Shown in pieces: positions 1 to 9,896 of a stretch of DNA of 64,000 nucleotides. The stretch is from Pseudomonadota bacterium (GTDB lineage Bacteria > Myxococcota > JACRCW01 > JAFGSX01): the NCBI GenBank assembly GCA_043821645.1, contig JBDRCO010000068.1:1-64000 (forward strand). The letters run 5' to 3'. The translations under genes and the position numbers were made by a program. Each line of letters begins with the position of its first letter. Within the stretch, counting starts at the first letter, position 1. The notes below the pieces were generated by a model, which worked only from the letters and a program-made list of their open reading frames with translations, did not search any database and was not told the DNA's origin.

Positions 1-2
1 GG

Positions 3-1352
3 CTAGGTGGCGTCTCGACGTTTACCTACGATGTCGCGGGCCGGCGCACGACCATGACCCCGCCCAAAGGGATCACCGCGACGTACACCTGGGACGATGA
101 CAGCAGACTGGTCGGTATCGACGAGGGAGGTGTCTCTTCGATCGCCCTGACCCGGGACGCGATAGGCCAGGTCACCAGCGCCGATCGCAACATGCCACAG
201 GTCGGGGATCCCGAGCTGGCCACCGCGGTCACCCAGAGCTTTGATGCAGCCTCGCAGGTGGTCACCTCGACCTATGACGCCCTGGGGCGGCTGCTCGACG
301 ACGGTGCGCGGACCTACGTGTGGGATCTGGCATCACGGATGCTCTCCTACACCGAGGGCGGCAACACGGTCAGCTTCACCTACGACGGAGCGGGCATGCG
401 CACCTCGCGCACCGAGGGCGGCGTGACCCGGGATTACGTCTGGAACCACGCCCTGGGCCTGTCCTCGGTGGCCATCGAGCGGGAGCACGCCGCGGATCTG
501 CGCTACTACGTGCACACGCCTAGCGGATCCCTGCTCTACAGCGTCGAGGCCGATGGTAGCCGGCGCTTTTTCCACTTCGATGAGATGGGTAACACGAGCT
601 ATCTGACCGACGACGGTGGCGCCACCATCGCCAGCTACGACTACAGCCCCTTCGGCGAGCTGATCGGCAGCAGCGGGGTGGTCGACAACGACTTCACCTG
701 GCAAGGGGAGCACGGTGTCGCCCAGGAGGGGATCGCCGGGCTCTACTATCACCGCGCGCGTTACTACCACGCGGGGAGCGCCAGGTTCATTTCACGCGAC
801 GCCCTCTCCCCGTTGGAGCCGGCGACGGAAAATCGCTATCAGTATGCCGCCGCCAATCCCATGGGCTCATCGGATCCAACAGGGCTGTCGATCATTGACT
901 GGCTGTCTGACGCCATGGGCGGAACTGACAACAGCTACGCAGACCAAAGGCACCATCGTCGAATCGCAGAGAAATACCGGGCGAAGAACAAGAAGTACGA
1001 GGTTCGGGACCCAGGAATGGGGGAGGGTAGGCCGAGATCGCCAGGAGCGAGGGGTTACAGATGGGTTTTGCATTGTTCCAACCCGAACGATGATGCGATA
1101 GAGGTTGAGCCACGGCGCAAGGTTTCCGATGTTTTTTTGAGCGTATTTAACTCTAACGAATATGAGCGTTGTTTGGAGCTACACGAGGCCATGTATCTTG
1201 GGATTCGCGAGGCTGGGCGCGATCGAGAACATAACCCGAAACCTCCTACGCCACCTGAGCCGCCAACCATTCCGGGCGCCGGTGACGAAGGCGGGGTGGA
1301 CCCCATCGACTCAGTTGTCCCGGAGCTGACCGGCATCGTCGTCATCGCCTAG
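3..1352 (+). CDS. RHS/YD-repeat protein, C-terminal part (5'-truncated by the window edge), with RHS core and 154-aa variable C-terminal domain
   Basis: Frame is open from position 3 (LGGVSTFTYDVAGRRTT). YD repeats; core motifs YDYSPFG, GLYYHRARYY, RFISRD, NRYQYAAANPMGSSDPTGL. Confidence 0.92.
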   Translation, partial: LGGVSTFTYDVAGRRTTMTPPKGITATYTWDDDSRLVGIDEGGVSSIALTRDAIGQVTSADRNMPQVGDPELATAVTQSFDAASQVVTSTYDALGRLLDDGARTYVWDLASRMLSYTEGGNTVSFTYDGAGMRTSRTEGGVTRDYVWNHALGLSSVAIEREHAADLRYYVHTPSGSLLYSVEADGSRRFFHFDEMGNTSYLTDDGGATIASYDYSPFGELIGSSGVVDNDFTWQGEHGVAQEGIAGLYYHRARYYHAGSARFISRDALSPLEPATENRYQYAAANPMGSSDPTGLSIIDWLSDAMGGTDNSYADQRHHRRIAEKYRAKNKKYEVRDPGMGEGRPRSPGARGYRWVLHCSNPNDDAIEVEPRRKVSDVFLSVFNSNEYERCLELHEAMYLGIREAGRDREHNPKPPTPPEPPTIPGAGDEGGVDPIDSVVPELTGIVVIA

Positions 1353-1404
1353 ACATCACCGGCGTCAGATGTTGAGACGCGACTCCAGCTTCTCGATGAT
1401 CCCC

Positions 1405-1645
1405 TCAAAGGTCCGGCAAGAAGATCGTACCCAGGCTGCAGGCCAACGCGCCGGCAACGGCCCAGGCGATGAGCAGGGAGATGAAGACGTGGTTGAACAC
1501 CAGTAACCGGTGCTTTCGCCGTGGCTCGGTGCTGTCGTGGTACAGCGCCGAGGTGCTGAACAGGACGACCAAGAGTCAGGTCGTAGAGTGCCGCGCTGGC
1601 GACGTCGACGACGCGCCGAGCCAGCTTGTACTGGCCCGGGATGTC
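1405..1645 (-). pseudogene. Degenerate hemolysin III (PAQR/TrhA family) fragment
   Basis: Minus strand reads RRVVDVASAALYDLTL, then after a frameshift VVLFSTSALYHDSTEPRRKHRLLVFNHVFISLLIA-WAVAGALACSLGTIF*. This resembles the HlyIII SxLYH...DHxxIxLLIA and GGxxYxxGxxF motifs, with an internal deletion. Confidence 0.55.
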
Positions 1646-1726
1646 AGGGGATAGTGGTGTGGACAGACCTCGAGATTCTGCATGGCCGACGAGGATCTCG
1701 ACAGGACCAACCGGGGAGCAGAGGTC

Positions 1727-2320
1727 ATGCGAAGACTCGTTTTCCTGGCGCTTGCTGCCATTTTTCTGCTCGGAGCATCGTCGATGAGAAGGTCATCATC
1801 ACAGGAACCTCCTCCCCAGCTGGAGCTCAAGATCGCGCTCAAGAGCAAGAGCTTCAAGCTGGGAGACAGGGTCACCGTCGAGGTGGTGGCGACGAATGTC
1901 GAGAAGGAGGAGCTTCTGCTGGTGTTGCCCTGTGGACGGCCCTATTTCAACGTTGTGCTTTCTGATTGGACGGGACACCCGATAGATCTCGCCGGGAAGC
2001 AGCAACCCGTTGAGAGCAAGAGAGCGTGCAAGCAGGAGACAAAGTATCTCGAGTCCGGTGATCGTCTGGTCGAGGAGATCACCTTGTACCTGTATCCAGG
2101 AGCGGACTACACGACCCCCGAAAAAGACAGGGACAAGGTACCCGACGACAAGCACAAGACCTTCTTGCTGCAGGCGAGTACGAGGAGCCTGACCGTCGAC
2201 CAGCTCGGGCAATTGAAGGCTGCCGACGCCCAGGTCGTGACGAAAAAGCTGGAGAAACCGGCGTTCATGCTGCGCGAGGTGCGGCGGTCGGGCTTCGTCG
2301 AGATCGAGATCGACAGGTAG
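1727..2320 (+). CDS. Secreted hypothetical protein (Ig-like beta-sandwich likely); candidate immunity protein
   Basis: GAGG before ATG; signal peptide MRRLVFLALAAIFLLGASS; pattern LELKIALKSKSFKLGDRVTVEVVATN. Confidence 0.7.
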   Translation: MRRLVFLALAAIFLLGASSMRRSSSQEPPPQLELKIALKSKSFKLGDRVTVEVVATNVEKEELLLVLPCGRPYFNVVLSDWTGHPIDLAGKQQPVESKRACKQETKYLESGDRLVEEITLYLYPGADYTTPEKDRDKVPDDKHKTFLLQASTRSLTVDQLGQLKAADAQVVTKKLEKPAFMLREVRRSGFVEIEIDR

Positions 2321-2576
2321 CGGAACTTTCTGCTCACCGATGTGCTGGTGTCGGTTCAATCTGCTCGGGGAATCCGCAGCAGTTCCTGCCGCTGCACCGA
2401 CCTCGCGCTGCCGCTCGCTGCCACGGCAGCCCCTGCGAAGCGACGTCGCCACCAGGACCTGCCTCCTGCGACGTGTTGTCCCAGGTGAGGAGTCGAAGTT
2501 TCGTGCGGAGTGGAGGGTCAAGCAGACCGGCTCGGATCCGGGTTACCATGCCAGTACAAAGAGCACCGGAGGGGCC

Positions 2577-5500
2577 ATGTCGCGGCCAGGCCAGGCACGA
2601 GTTCTTGTTCTCTGCGCTTGCGGGTTGATCCTCACGAGCTGCGATCCATCAGACGGGGGCATCAAGCCCCCCACCGATGCTGCCGCCCAGCCCGCCGACA
2701 GCGGGGGTGTCGCGGACGCAGCCGCCTCCGACGCTGCGCAGGCCATCGACAGGTCCGGTGCACCCGATGCAGCAACCCCGGATGTCCACCTCGAGGATGT
2801 CGCCCTCAGCGACACCCAGTCCGGCGATACGGCACAGGACGTGGACGCGATGGTGGAAGACGCCTGGGTGAACCCCGACTTCGACGGGGATGGCGTGCTC
2901 GACGTCGACGATGCCTGTGCCCTGGGCGCCTCCGAATGGACCTCAGCGAGCAGCACCGACCACGATGGGGATGGATGCCGCGACGTGGATGAGGACCTCG
3001 ATGACGATGGGGATGGCATCTCCGACACGGCCGACGCCTGTCCCCTGGGCACGGACCAGTGGGTATCGGACCAAGCCTCGGACCACGACGGGGACGGCTG
3101 TCGTGATGTGGACGAGGACGCGGACGATGACGACGATGGGGTGGCGGACGCCAACGACAGCTGCCCCCGTGGCGCGCTGGGCTGGACCTCCGATGGCGCC
3201 ACCGACCGCGACGGGGACGGCTGCCGTGATGTGGATGAGGATTCGGACGATGATGACGATGGGGTGGCGGACGCAGACGACAGCTGCCCCCGTGGCGCGC
3301 TGGGCTGGACCTCCGATGGCGCCACCGACCACGACGGAGACGGCTGTCGGGACCTGGGTGAGGACGCGGACGACGACGACGATGGGGTGGCGGATGCCAA
3401 CGACAGCTGCGCCACTGGCGCGCTGGGCTGGACCGCCGATGGCACCACGGACCACGACGGAGATGGTTGTCGCGATGCCGACGAGGACCTGGATGACGAT
3501 GGCGACGGTGTGGCAGACAACCACGATGCCTGCGCGCTGGGTGCCACAGGCTGGGGCTCGGTTGGAAACACCGACCACGACGGGGACGGTTGTCAGGACA
3601 GTGGCGAGGACCTGGACGACGATGATGACGGTGTGGCGGATGGAGCGGACCTATGTGCCCGGGGCGCGACCGGCTGGACTTCGGGGCCCAGCACGGACAA
3701 CGACGGTGACGGTTGTCAGGACTCGGGCGAGGACGCGGACGATGACAACGACAGCGCACCGGATGGTGTGGACTGCGCACCACTGGACCCAACGAGGCAG
3801 GTACTGGTGGATGGCACCTGTGTGGCGGACGCCGACGACGACAGTGACGGGACCCTGAATGCGGTGGACTGCGCACCGGCAGACCCGAACCTGCAGATCT
3901 GGCTGGATGATGGCACGACCTGCGTGGCAGATGACACCGATGACGACGATGACAGCGTGCTTGACGTGGATGACGTCTGCGCACGAGGTGCCACGGGCTG
4001 GGTCGCGGACAGCGGGACCGACCATGATGGCGACGGCTGCCGCGATGCCGATGAGGACGGCGACGACGATGGGGACGGCACGGCGGACGGGGACGATCGG
4101 TGTCCGCGCGGCGAGGTTGGGTGGCTTGCCGATCCCGTGACCGATCGCGACGACGACGGCTGCCGGGATGCCGGTGAGGACCTGGACGACGACGGCGACG
4201 GGGTAGCAGATGCGAGCGATGGTTGCCCCGCCGGCGTGCTGGGGTGGACTTCTGGCAGTGGCACGGACCACGACGGGGACGGCTGCCGCGACCTGGATGA
4301 GGACGAGGATGACGACGGCGACGGGGTGACCGACCAGCACGATGCCTGCGCGCTCGGTGCGACGGAGTGGAGTGCGGAGCCTGGCACGGACCACGATGGC
4401 GACGGTTGCCAGGACAGTGGCGAGGACCTGGATGACGACGACGACGGGGTGGCGGACCTGGTGGACGCCTGTGCCACCGGTGCGGTGCTGTGGGGATCCA
4501 GCCCGGTGACGGACCATGACGGCGACGGCTGCCAGGACAGCGGCGAGGACCTGGACGACGACGATGACGGGGTGCCGGACGCAGGAGATGCGTGTGCCCT
4601 GGGGGCGCTTGGATGGACCTCGAGTGCCGGCACAGATCACGACGCTGACGGCTGCCGTGACAGCGACGAGGACGGCGACGATGACGGCGACGGTGTGCTG
4701 GACGGGGCGGACGCCTGCGCGGTCGGCGACCTGGGCTGGACCTCGGACCCGGGCACGGACTTCGACGGGGATGGTTGCCAGGACAGTGGTGAGGATCCCG
4801 ACGACGACAATGACGGCGTGCTCGACGGCGACGACTGCGCACCCCGGCAAGCGCAGCTGCGGGTGTTGCTTGACGACGGCATCACCTGCTTCGACCCGGA
4901 CGCTGTTCCACAGGACATCGATCTGGGCATGGCCTGGGACGAGCAGCGGGGAGGTGCAGGTCTGCTGGCGGGCCAGGCCAGAATCATCAATGGGAACATG
5001 GTGTTGAGGCGGATGGATCTATCCTTCCCATCACCACACAGGACGGGCCTCGGGCTTCGCGTCAGCTACAACAGTCGCGCCACCACCGCGGGCTCCCTGG
5101 GCCACGGCTGGCGTCACAGTTACGAGGTGACCCTGGAGTCGCAGCTGGTTCCGGGTGACCTGACGGTGCTGCGCATCACCGACGAGAGTGGTCGCGCGCT
5201 GTATTTCGTCGAGGACGTAGGTGGCGGCACCTATCATGGCGTGTTCTTCGAGCGCAGCCGGGTGGTGGACGAGGATGGGGGCTGGACCTGGCAGCGCCTG
5301 GATGGCAACACCTACCACTTCGAGGTGACGGGCCAGCTGTCCTGGATAGACGACGTGGCAGACAACCGGCAGTGGGTCACCTATGACGCCGGACACATCG
5401 ACACCGTTCGCGACAACGCGAGCGGACGCTTCCTGGCGTTCTTCTACGGCACCGACGGTCTGCTCGACCTTGTGCAGGGCCCCGGCACGGCAGCGGTCAG

Positions 5501-8500
5501 TGACAACGTGTGGGTGCACTACGACCACGACACGGCGGGCAACCTGATACAGGTGACCTACGCCGATGGCAGTGGTGAGGACTACAGCTACGCGGATGCG
5601 GATCCCTGCAATCTGACCGAGGTGAGCAGCCGTGCCGGGCACGTCGTGGAGAGCTTCAGCTACGACAGCAGCGACAGGCTTCTCGGCATCGACCGTCCCT
5701 CCAATGATCACGACCTGGGTATCGTTTACCAGAGCCCGGATGTCGTGCAGGTAACGGACGCCTACGCCGTGGCGCGGAGCTACGCGCTGGCCTCCATCGG
5801 GCTGCGCCGGCGTGTGGTGGCCATGACAGGAGCCTCCCGGCCTCCCTACGGCGGTGGGCACGTCCGCTGGGTGTACGACGCGGCCATGAACCTGACCGAG
5901 CTCGAGGACTTCTCGGGGCGGGTCGACCAGTACAGCGGGCACGACAGCCGCGGCCTGCCAGGCAGCATGGTCCTGGGCGCGGGCAGCGGCCTTGTCCGCA
6001 ACGTCGACCTGACCTGGCATCCGCACCAGGCGCAGCTCCTGCAACAGCGCGAGGCCAGCGTGCTGGGGGGCGGTGACAAGGTCACCACCTGGGACTACGA
6101 CCTCGATGCCGGTGGCACACCCAACGAGGCGCCGACGGGGTTGCTCCGCGCGCGGATCGAGCAGGGTCTGACGCAGGACCTCTCGGGCCAGACCCAGGCC
6201 TTCACGTACACGACGAGCTACATCTACAACACCGCGGGCCAGTTGGCGTCAGTGGACGGCCCCCTCGCGGGCACGGCCGATACCGTGAGCTACAGCTACA
6301 GCGCCGCCGGTGACCTGGAAACCATCACCTATCCGATCGTGGGCAGCGTCAGCTTCGCAGGCCAAGACGGCGCAGGAGACCCGGCTCAGGCGATCGATCT
6401 CAACGGGAAGGTGACGAGTTTCACCTACGACGGGCGGCGCCGGGTCACCCAGGTGAGCTTCGGTGCGGACGGCAGCAGCCAGACGTTCAGCTACGACAGC
6501 GCCGGACGTCTCAGCGGCGTCACCGACGAGGACGGCGTCAGCCTGAGTCGCGAGTACGATCCGGTCAGCGGCCTGTTGACGCGAGTCCTCAACGGCGCGG
6601 GCGAATACCGTCGCCTGATGCGCGACGGTCATGGCCGGATCATCGAGGTCGGGCTGTTTGATGCTGGAGACGTCCAGACCTACCGCATGCGCTACGGCTA
6701 CACCCATGGCAGTTTTCCAGGTCAGCTACACCACCTCATCCATCCCGACGACACCTACGTGGCGTACGACTACGACACGGCGGGGCGGCCCAGCAGCGTC
6801 ACGGACGCGCGGGGCCACACCACGAACACGGCCTACGATGTTCTGGGCCAGGTCTCGAGTGTGACCCGGCCCGGCGGACTGGTGACCAGCTATGGCCACG
6901 ACAGGCACGGCAACCTGGCCTCGGTCACGGACGCCAACGGGCTGCGCACGGACTACACCTACGACGACCTGGGACGTTTGCTGGCCGTGGTGTCACCCGA
7001 CACCGGGACCAGTCGACGCACCTATGACGCGGCGAACAACCTGGTCCTCGAGCAGGACGCCACCGGCGCACAGATCGCCCACACCTACGATGCGCTGTCG
7101 CGAAAGCTGACCGTCGAGCCGGACGACAGCAGCCAGGATGTCAGCTTCGTCTACGACAGCGGCACAAATGGCGCGGGCAAGGTGGCGAGTCTGAGCGATG
7201 CTTCAGGCAGCACCACCTTTGGTTACGACAGCAGGGGTCGCACCACCGAGCTGGTTTCGGTGGTGTCCGGTGTGACCACGACCGTGTCGAGCAGCTTCAC
7301 CCCAGGGGGACGGCTGCAGGGCCTGGTGTACCCGAGCGGTCGAACGCTGACCTATGGCTACGACACCGAGGGCCGTCTGCAGAGCGCGGTGAGCAACTAC
7401 AACAGCGTGGACACAACGCTGCTGTCGAGCCAGGTGTATCTGCCCTTTGGACCCGCCGTCACGGTCATCGACGGCCAGGGCAACACCTCGAACAGCGTGT
7501 TTGACCAGGCCTACCGCCTGCAGAGCATGAACGCTGGCCAGCCTGCCGAGCGCCAGTACGGCTACGACGCGGACGGCAACCTGACGACGATCACCGCGCC
7601 CAGCGAGCCGTGGTGGAACCAGATCTACAGCTACGACGGGCTGGATCGGCTCACCCAGGAGACAGGCGCGCAGGGCCTGACCAGCTACATCTACGACGCG
7701 TTGGGGAGGCGCCAGAGCGTGGACCGCCAAGGCGCCGTCGAGACCTACACCTATCAGGCCGGCAGCAATCACCTGAGCGAGCTGAGCGGGAGCACGGTGA
7801 CGTCGCTGAGCTACGACGCTGCGGGCAGGGTGACGAAGCTGGGAGCGCGCACGCTGGACTACAACGCCTGGGGGCAAGTGGCGCTGGTGACCGGCGGGGC
7901 GGAGCCGGATGTGAGCTACGTTCACAATGCACTGCGGCAGCAGGTGCAGCGGCAGGAGTTTGGCGTCAGTCCGACCAGCGCACACTTCGACGCTGGTGGC
8001 CTGCTGGCGGCCGAGCGCGAGAACGGCGTGCTGGTGCGGGAGTACTTGTACGTCAACGGCGGTCTCACCGCGATCCACGACGTCGCCAGTGGCGAGTTGC
8101 TGTTCGTCACGGGTGATTCGCGCGGTGCGCCACAGCTCGTGACCAACGCCGCGAACGAGGTGGAATGGGAGGCCGCGGTGGATGGCTACGGTCAGGCAGA
8201 GGTCCACCCGTCGAGCACGCTGACACTCGAGGTCAGGCTTCCCGGGCAGCGCCAGGATCCGGTCACCGGCTTGCGCGACAACCACTTCCGGACCTACTGG
8301 CCCGAGGCGGGCATCTACCTGCAGCCGGATCCGGCGCGCATATACGACGTCAACCTGTACTCCTATGCCGGCGGCAACCCGGTGATGGGTATGGACCCCA
8401 TGGGCTTGCAGCCCCTCAGCAGTGCGATGGGTGCGATAGGCGGTGGCATCGCGAAGGCGGCCAGCGGAGGCTGGAACGCGGTTACCAGTAACCAGGAAAT

Positions 8501-9770
8501 GCATCGTGCAATTGGATTCGTAGCAGAGGCTGTCGGCCTGGTCACCGCGTATGTGGCCGAGCGCGTCGCCGTCGACGTCTGGAATGCGACAGGAAGCAAG
8601 ATGCTGGGTGTGCCTCCTGGATGGGAGTCCTGCGTCGACGACGCCGTCAGGGTGGTTCTCGAGGGTGACTATGAATCCACACCGGAGGGGCAAGAGCAGT
8701 TTGCCAAGAAGGCGGCGTACGACGCTGTCGCCGGTGCGTTGCAGCAGCTTATCGGGGACAAAAAGCTCGCGGGGATGGACACCAATGACATCGTCGAGCT
8801 GACGAAGCTCATCAAGAACAGAATGGAAAAATTCGACGACGTCGACATGATGGCAAGGGAGCAGGACTGGATCGAGGGGTACATGAAGAAGATCCTCGGC
8901 CCAAACCTCCAGCGCCTGTTCGACGATCTCCATCGCCTGCAAGAGGAGAAGGGAGTCGGACTCCCGCCCAAGCCGGATCCGGACTACCCGGAGTCCTGGG
9001 ATGTCACCTGGGACGCGAACAACCCGACTCAAGCAGACCCCGGATCTTCTGTGACACTCTCCATAAAAGCCGGACATCGACCGTTCACCTGGAGTGTGTC
9101 GGGCGTGACCGCCAGCTTCGCGCGCGCGTCGACGGGCGAGCGCTCCAACACCCTGGATATCGATGCCAGCGCAGAAGGAACAGCTCTGATCACCGTGACC
9201 GATGCTCATGGCACGGAAGCGAGCGGTGCGCTGAACGTGCTGCTATGCGACTGCGGTGAACCACCCGCCGCCTCGATAGGTGCGGCCACCACCGCGCTCG
9301 CCCTGGGCGGGCAGTATGAGTTCACCATCGAGGGCGCGAGCTGGTCCGACTGTTATTCCTGGGGCGTGGAAGGCGGGGGCGTCATCCTGTCCGTAAATGG
9401 GTCGGGGACCATGACTTATCTGACACCGGCATCCAACCCCAACTGCGAGCTCAAACCGGTGATCAGTCTGAGCTGTGCTGGCGCTGTCGTGGACACCGAG
9501 CCTGTCTTTCCCACGAACTACCTCAGCCCCAGCACAACAGCCTATGGCTATGTCGACGCCACAGGATGCTACTGGGCCTGGCCAGGTCAGGACAGGTGCT
9601 GCTGGTACCCCTACACGTGTGGCGGTGCTTACTTCGGATGGACGAGATGCGAGTGGTACAGCAGTTCTGCGTGCGATGACGTCATCGGCTGTGGTGAACC
9701 AGGTGCACTGGTGGACCATCGAGATCAGGCGATGAAGGACGCCGGTTGTTGCCCGCCCGCCCTGCAGTGA
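2577..9770 (+). CDS. Lipoprotein with TSP3-like Ca-binding repeats, DUF6531-like region, RHS/YD shell, RHS core and 453-aa C-terminal domain
   Basis: GGAGG RBS; lipobox LILTSC; DHDGDGCxD repeats; GNMVLRRMDL...YNS...GHGWRHSY; YD repeats; RLPGQ...NHFRTY...YAGGNPVMGMDPMGL. Confidence 0.9.
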   Translation: MSRPGQARVLVLCACGLILTSCDPSDGGIKPPTDAAAQPADSGGVADAAASDAAQAIDRSGAPDAATPDVHLEDVALSDTQSGDTAQDVDAMVEDAWVNPDFDGDGVLDVDDACALGASEWTSASSTDHDGDGCRDVDEDLDDDGDGISDTADACPLGTDQWVSDQASDHDGDGCRDVDEDADDDDDGVADANDSCPRGALGWTSDGATDRDGDGCRDVDEDSDDDDDGVADADDSCPRGALGWTSDGATDHDGDGCRDLGEDADDDDDGVADANDSCATGALGWTADGTTDHDGDGCRDADEDLDDDGDGVADNHDACALGATGWGSVGNTDHDGDGCQDSGEDLDDDDDGVADGADLCARGATGWTSGPSTDNDGDGCQDSGEDADDDNDSAPDGVDCAPLDPTRQVLVDGTCVADADDDSDGTLNAVDCAPADPNLQIWLDDGTTCVADDTDDDDDSVLDVDDVCARGATGWVADSGTDHDGDGCRDADEDGDDDGDGTADGDDRCPRGEVGWLADPVTDRDDDGCRDAGEDLDDDGDGVADASDGCPAGVLGWTSGSGTDHDGDGCRDLDEDEDDDGDGVTDQHDACALGATEWSAEPGTDHDGDGCQDSGEDLDDDDDGVADLVDACATGAVLWGSSPVTDHDGDGCQDSGEDLDDDDDGVPDAGDACALGALGWTSSAGTDHDADGCRDSDEDGDDDGDGVLDGADACAVGDLGWTSDPGTDFDGDGCQDSGEDPDDDNDGVLDGDDCAPRQAQLRVLLDDGITCFDPDAVPQDIDLGMAWDEQRGGAGLLAGQARIINGNMVLRRMDLSFPSPHRTGLGLRVSYNSRATTAGSLGHGWRHSYEVTLESQLVPGDLTVLRITDESGRALYFVEDVGGGTYHGVFFERSRVVDEDGGWTWQRLDGNTYHFEVTGQLSWIDDVADNRQWVTYDAGHIDTVRDNASGRFLAFFYGTDGLLDLVQGPGTAAVSDNVWVHYDHDTAGNLIQVTYADGSGEDYSYADADPCNLTEVSSRAGHVVESFSYDSSDRLLGIDRPSNDHDLGIVYQSPDVVQVTDAYAVARSYALASIGLRRRVVAMTGASRPPYGGGHVRWVYDAAMNLTELEDFSGRVDQYSGHDSRGLPGSMVLGAGSGLVRNVDLTWHPHQAQLLQQREASVLGGGDKVTTWDYDLDAGGTPNEAPTGLLRARIEQGLTQDLSGQTQAFTYTTSYIYNTAGQLASVDGPLAGTADTVSYSYSAAGDLETITYPIVGSVSFAGQDGAGDPAQAIDLNGKVTSFTYDGRRRVTQVSFGADGSSQTFSYDSAGRLSGVTDEDGVSLSREYDPVSGLLTRVLNGAGEYRRLMRDGHGRIIEVGLFDAGDVQTYRMRYGYTHGSFPGQLHHLIHPDDTYVAYDYDTAGRPSSVTDARGHTTNTAYDVLGQVSSVTRPGGLVTSYGHDRHGNLASVTDANGLRTDYTYDDLGRLLAVVSPDTGTSRRTYDAANNLVLEQDATGAQIAHTYDALSRKLTVEPDDSSQDVSFVYDSGTNGAGKVASLSDASGSTTFGYDSRGRTTELVSVVSGVTTTVSSSFTPGGRLQGLVYPSGRTLTYGYDTEGRLQSAVSNYNSVDTTLLSSQVYLPFGPAVTVIDGQGNTSNSVFDQAYRLQSMNAGQPAERQYGYDADGNLTTITAPSEPWWNQIYSYDGLDRLTQETGAQGLTSYIYDALGRRQSVDRQGAVETYTYQAGSNHLSELSGSTVTSLSYDAAGRVTKLGARTLDYNAWGQVALVTGGAEPDVSYVHNALRQQVQRQEFGVSPTSAHFDAGGLLAAERENGVLVREYLYVNGGLTAIHDVASGELLFVTGDSRGAPQLVTNAANEVEWEAAVDGYGQAEVHPSSTLTLEVRLPGQRQDPVTGLRDNHFRTYWPEAGIYLQPDPARIYDVNLYSYAGGNPVMGMDPMGLQPLSSAMGAIGGGIAKAASGGWNAVTSNQEMHRAIGFVAEAVGLVTAYVAERVAVDVWNATGSKMLGVPPGWESCVDDAVRVVLEGDYESTPEGQEQFAKKAAYDAVAGALQQLIGDKKLAGMDTNDIVELTKLIKNRMEKFDDVDMMAREQDWIEGYMKKILGPNLQRLFDDLHRLQEEKGVGLPPKPDPDYPESWDVTWDANNPTQADPGSSVTLSIKAGHRPFTWSVSGVTASFARASTGERSNTLDIDASAEGTALITVTDAHGTEASGALNVLLCDCGEPPAASIGAATTALALGGQYEFTIEGASWSDCYSWGVEGGGVILSVNGSGTMTYLTPASNPNCELKPVISLSCAGAVVDTEPVFPTNYLSPSTTAYGYVDATGCYWAWPGQDRCCWYPYTCGGAYFGWTRCEWYSSSACDDVIGCGEPGALVDHRDQAMKDAGCCPPALQ
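2877..4836 (+). repeat. Coding tandem repeat, ~14 units of 123 bp (41 aa)
   Basis: Consensus DHDGDGCxDxxEDxDDDxDGVxDxxDxCxxGxxGWxSxxxT; some adjacent units are near-identical at DNA level (~3140-3385). Confidence 0.9.
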
Positions 9771-9896
9771 GCTGATTCGAAGGCTGCCACCGGTCCACCG
9801 AACCGTGTGCTTGTGACCATCCATCCATGTCAAGGTTGAATTTCCAGAACACCGCGCCGTCCCTGCTGCACCCCTGGCATGCTGTGGGATGTCATC

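Noticed and set aside
1350-1475. Stop-codon read-through of the first RHS gene
   Set aside because: The downstream frame is short and not protein-like, with no recoding signal visible.
2543-4999. Long antisense and alternate-frame ORFs over the TSP3 repeats (also over 36-44 kb and 55-56 kb)
   Set aside because: Shadow ORFs expected from high GC and repetitive coding sequence; low-complexity Ser/Pro/Arg translations.
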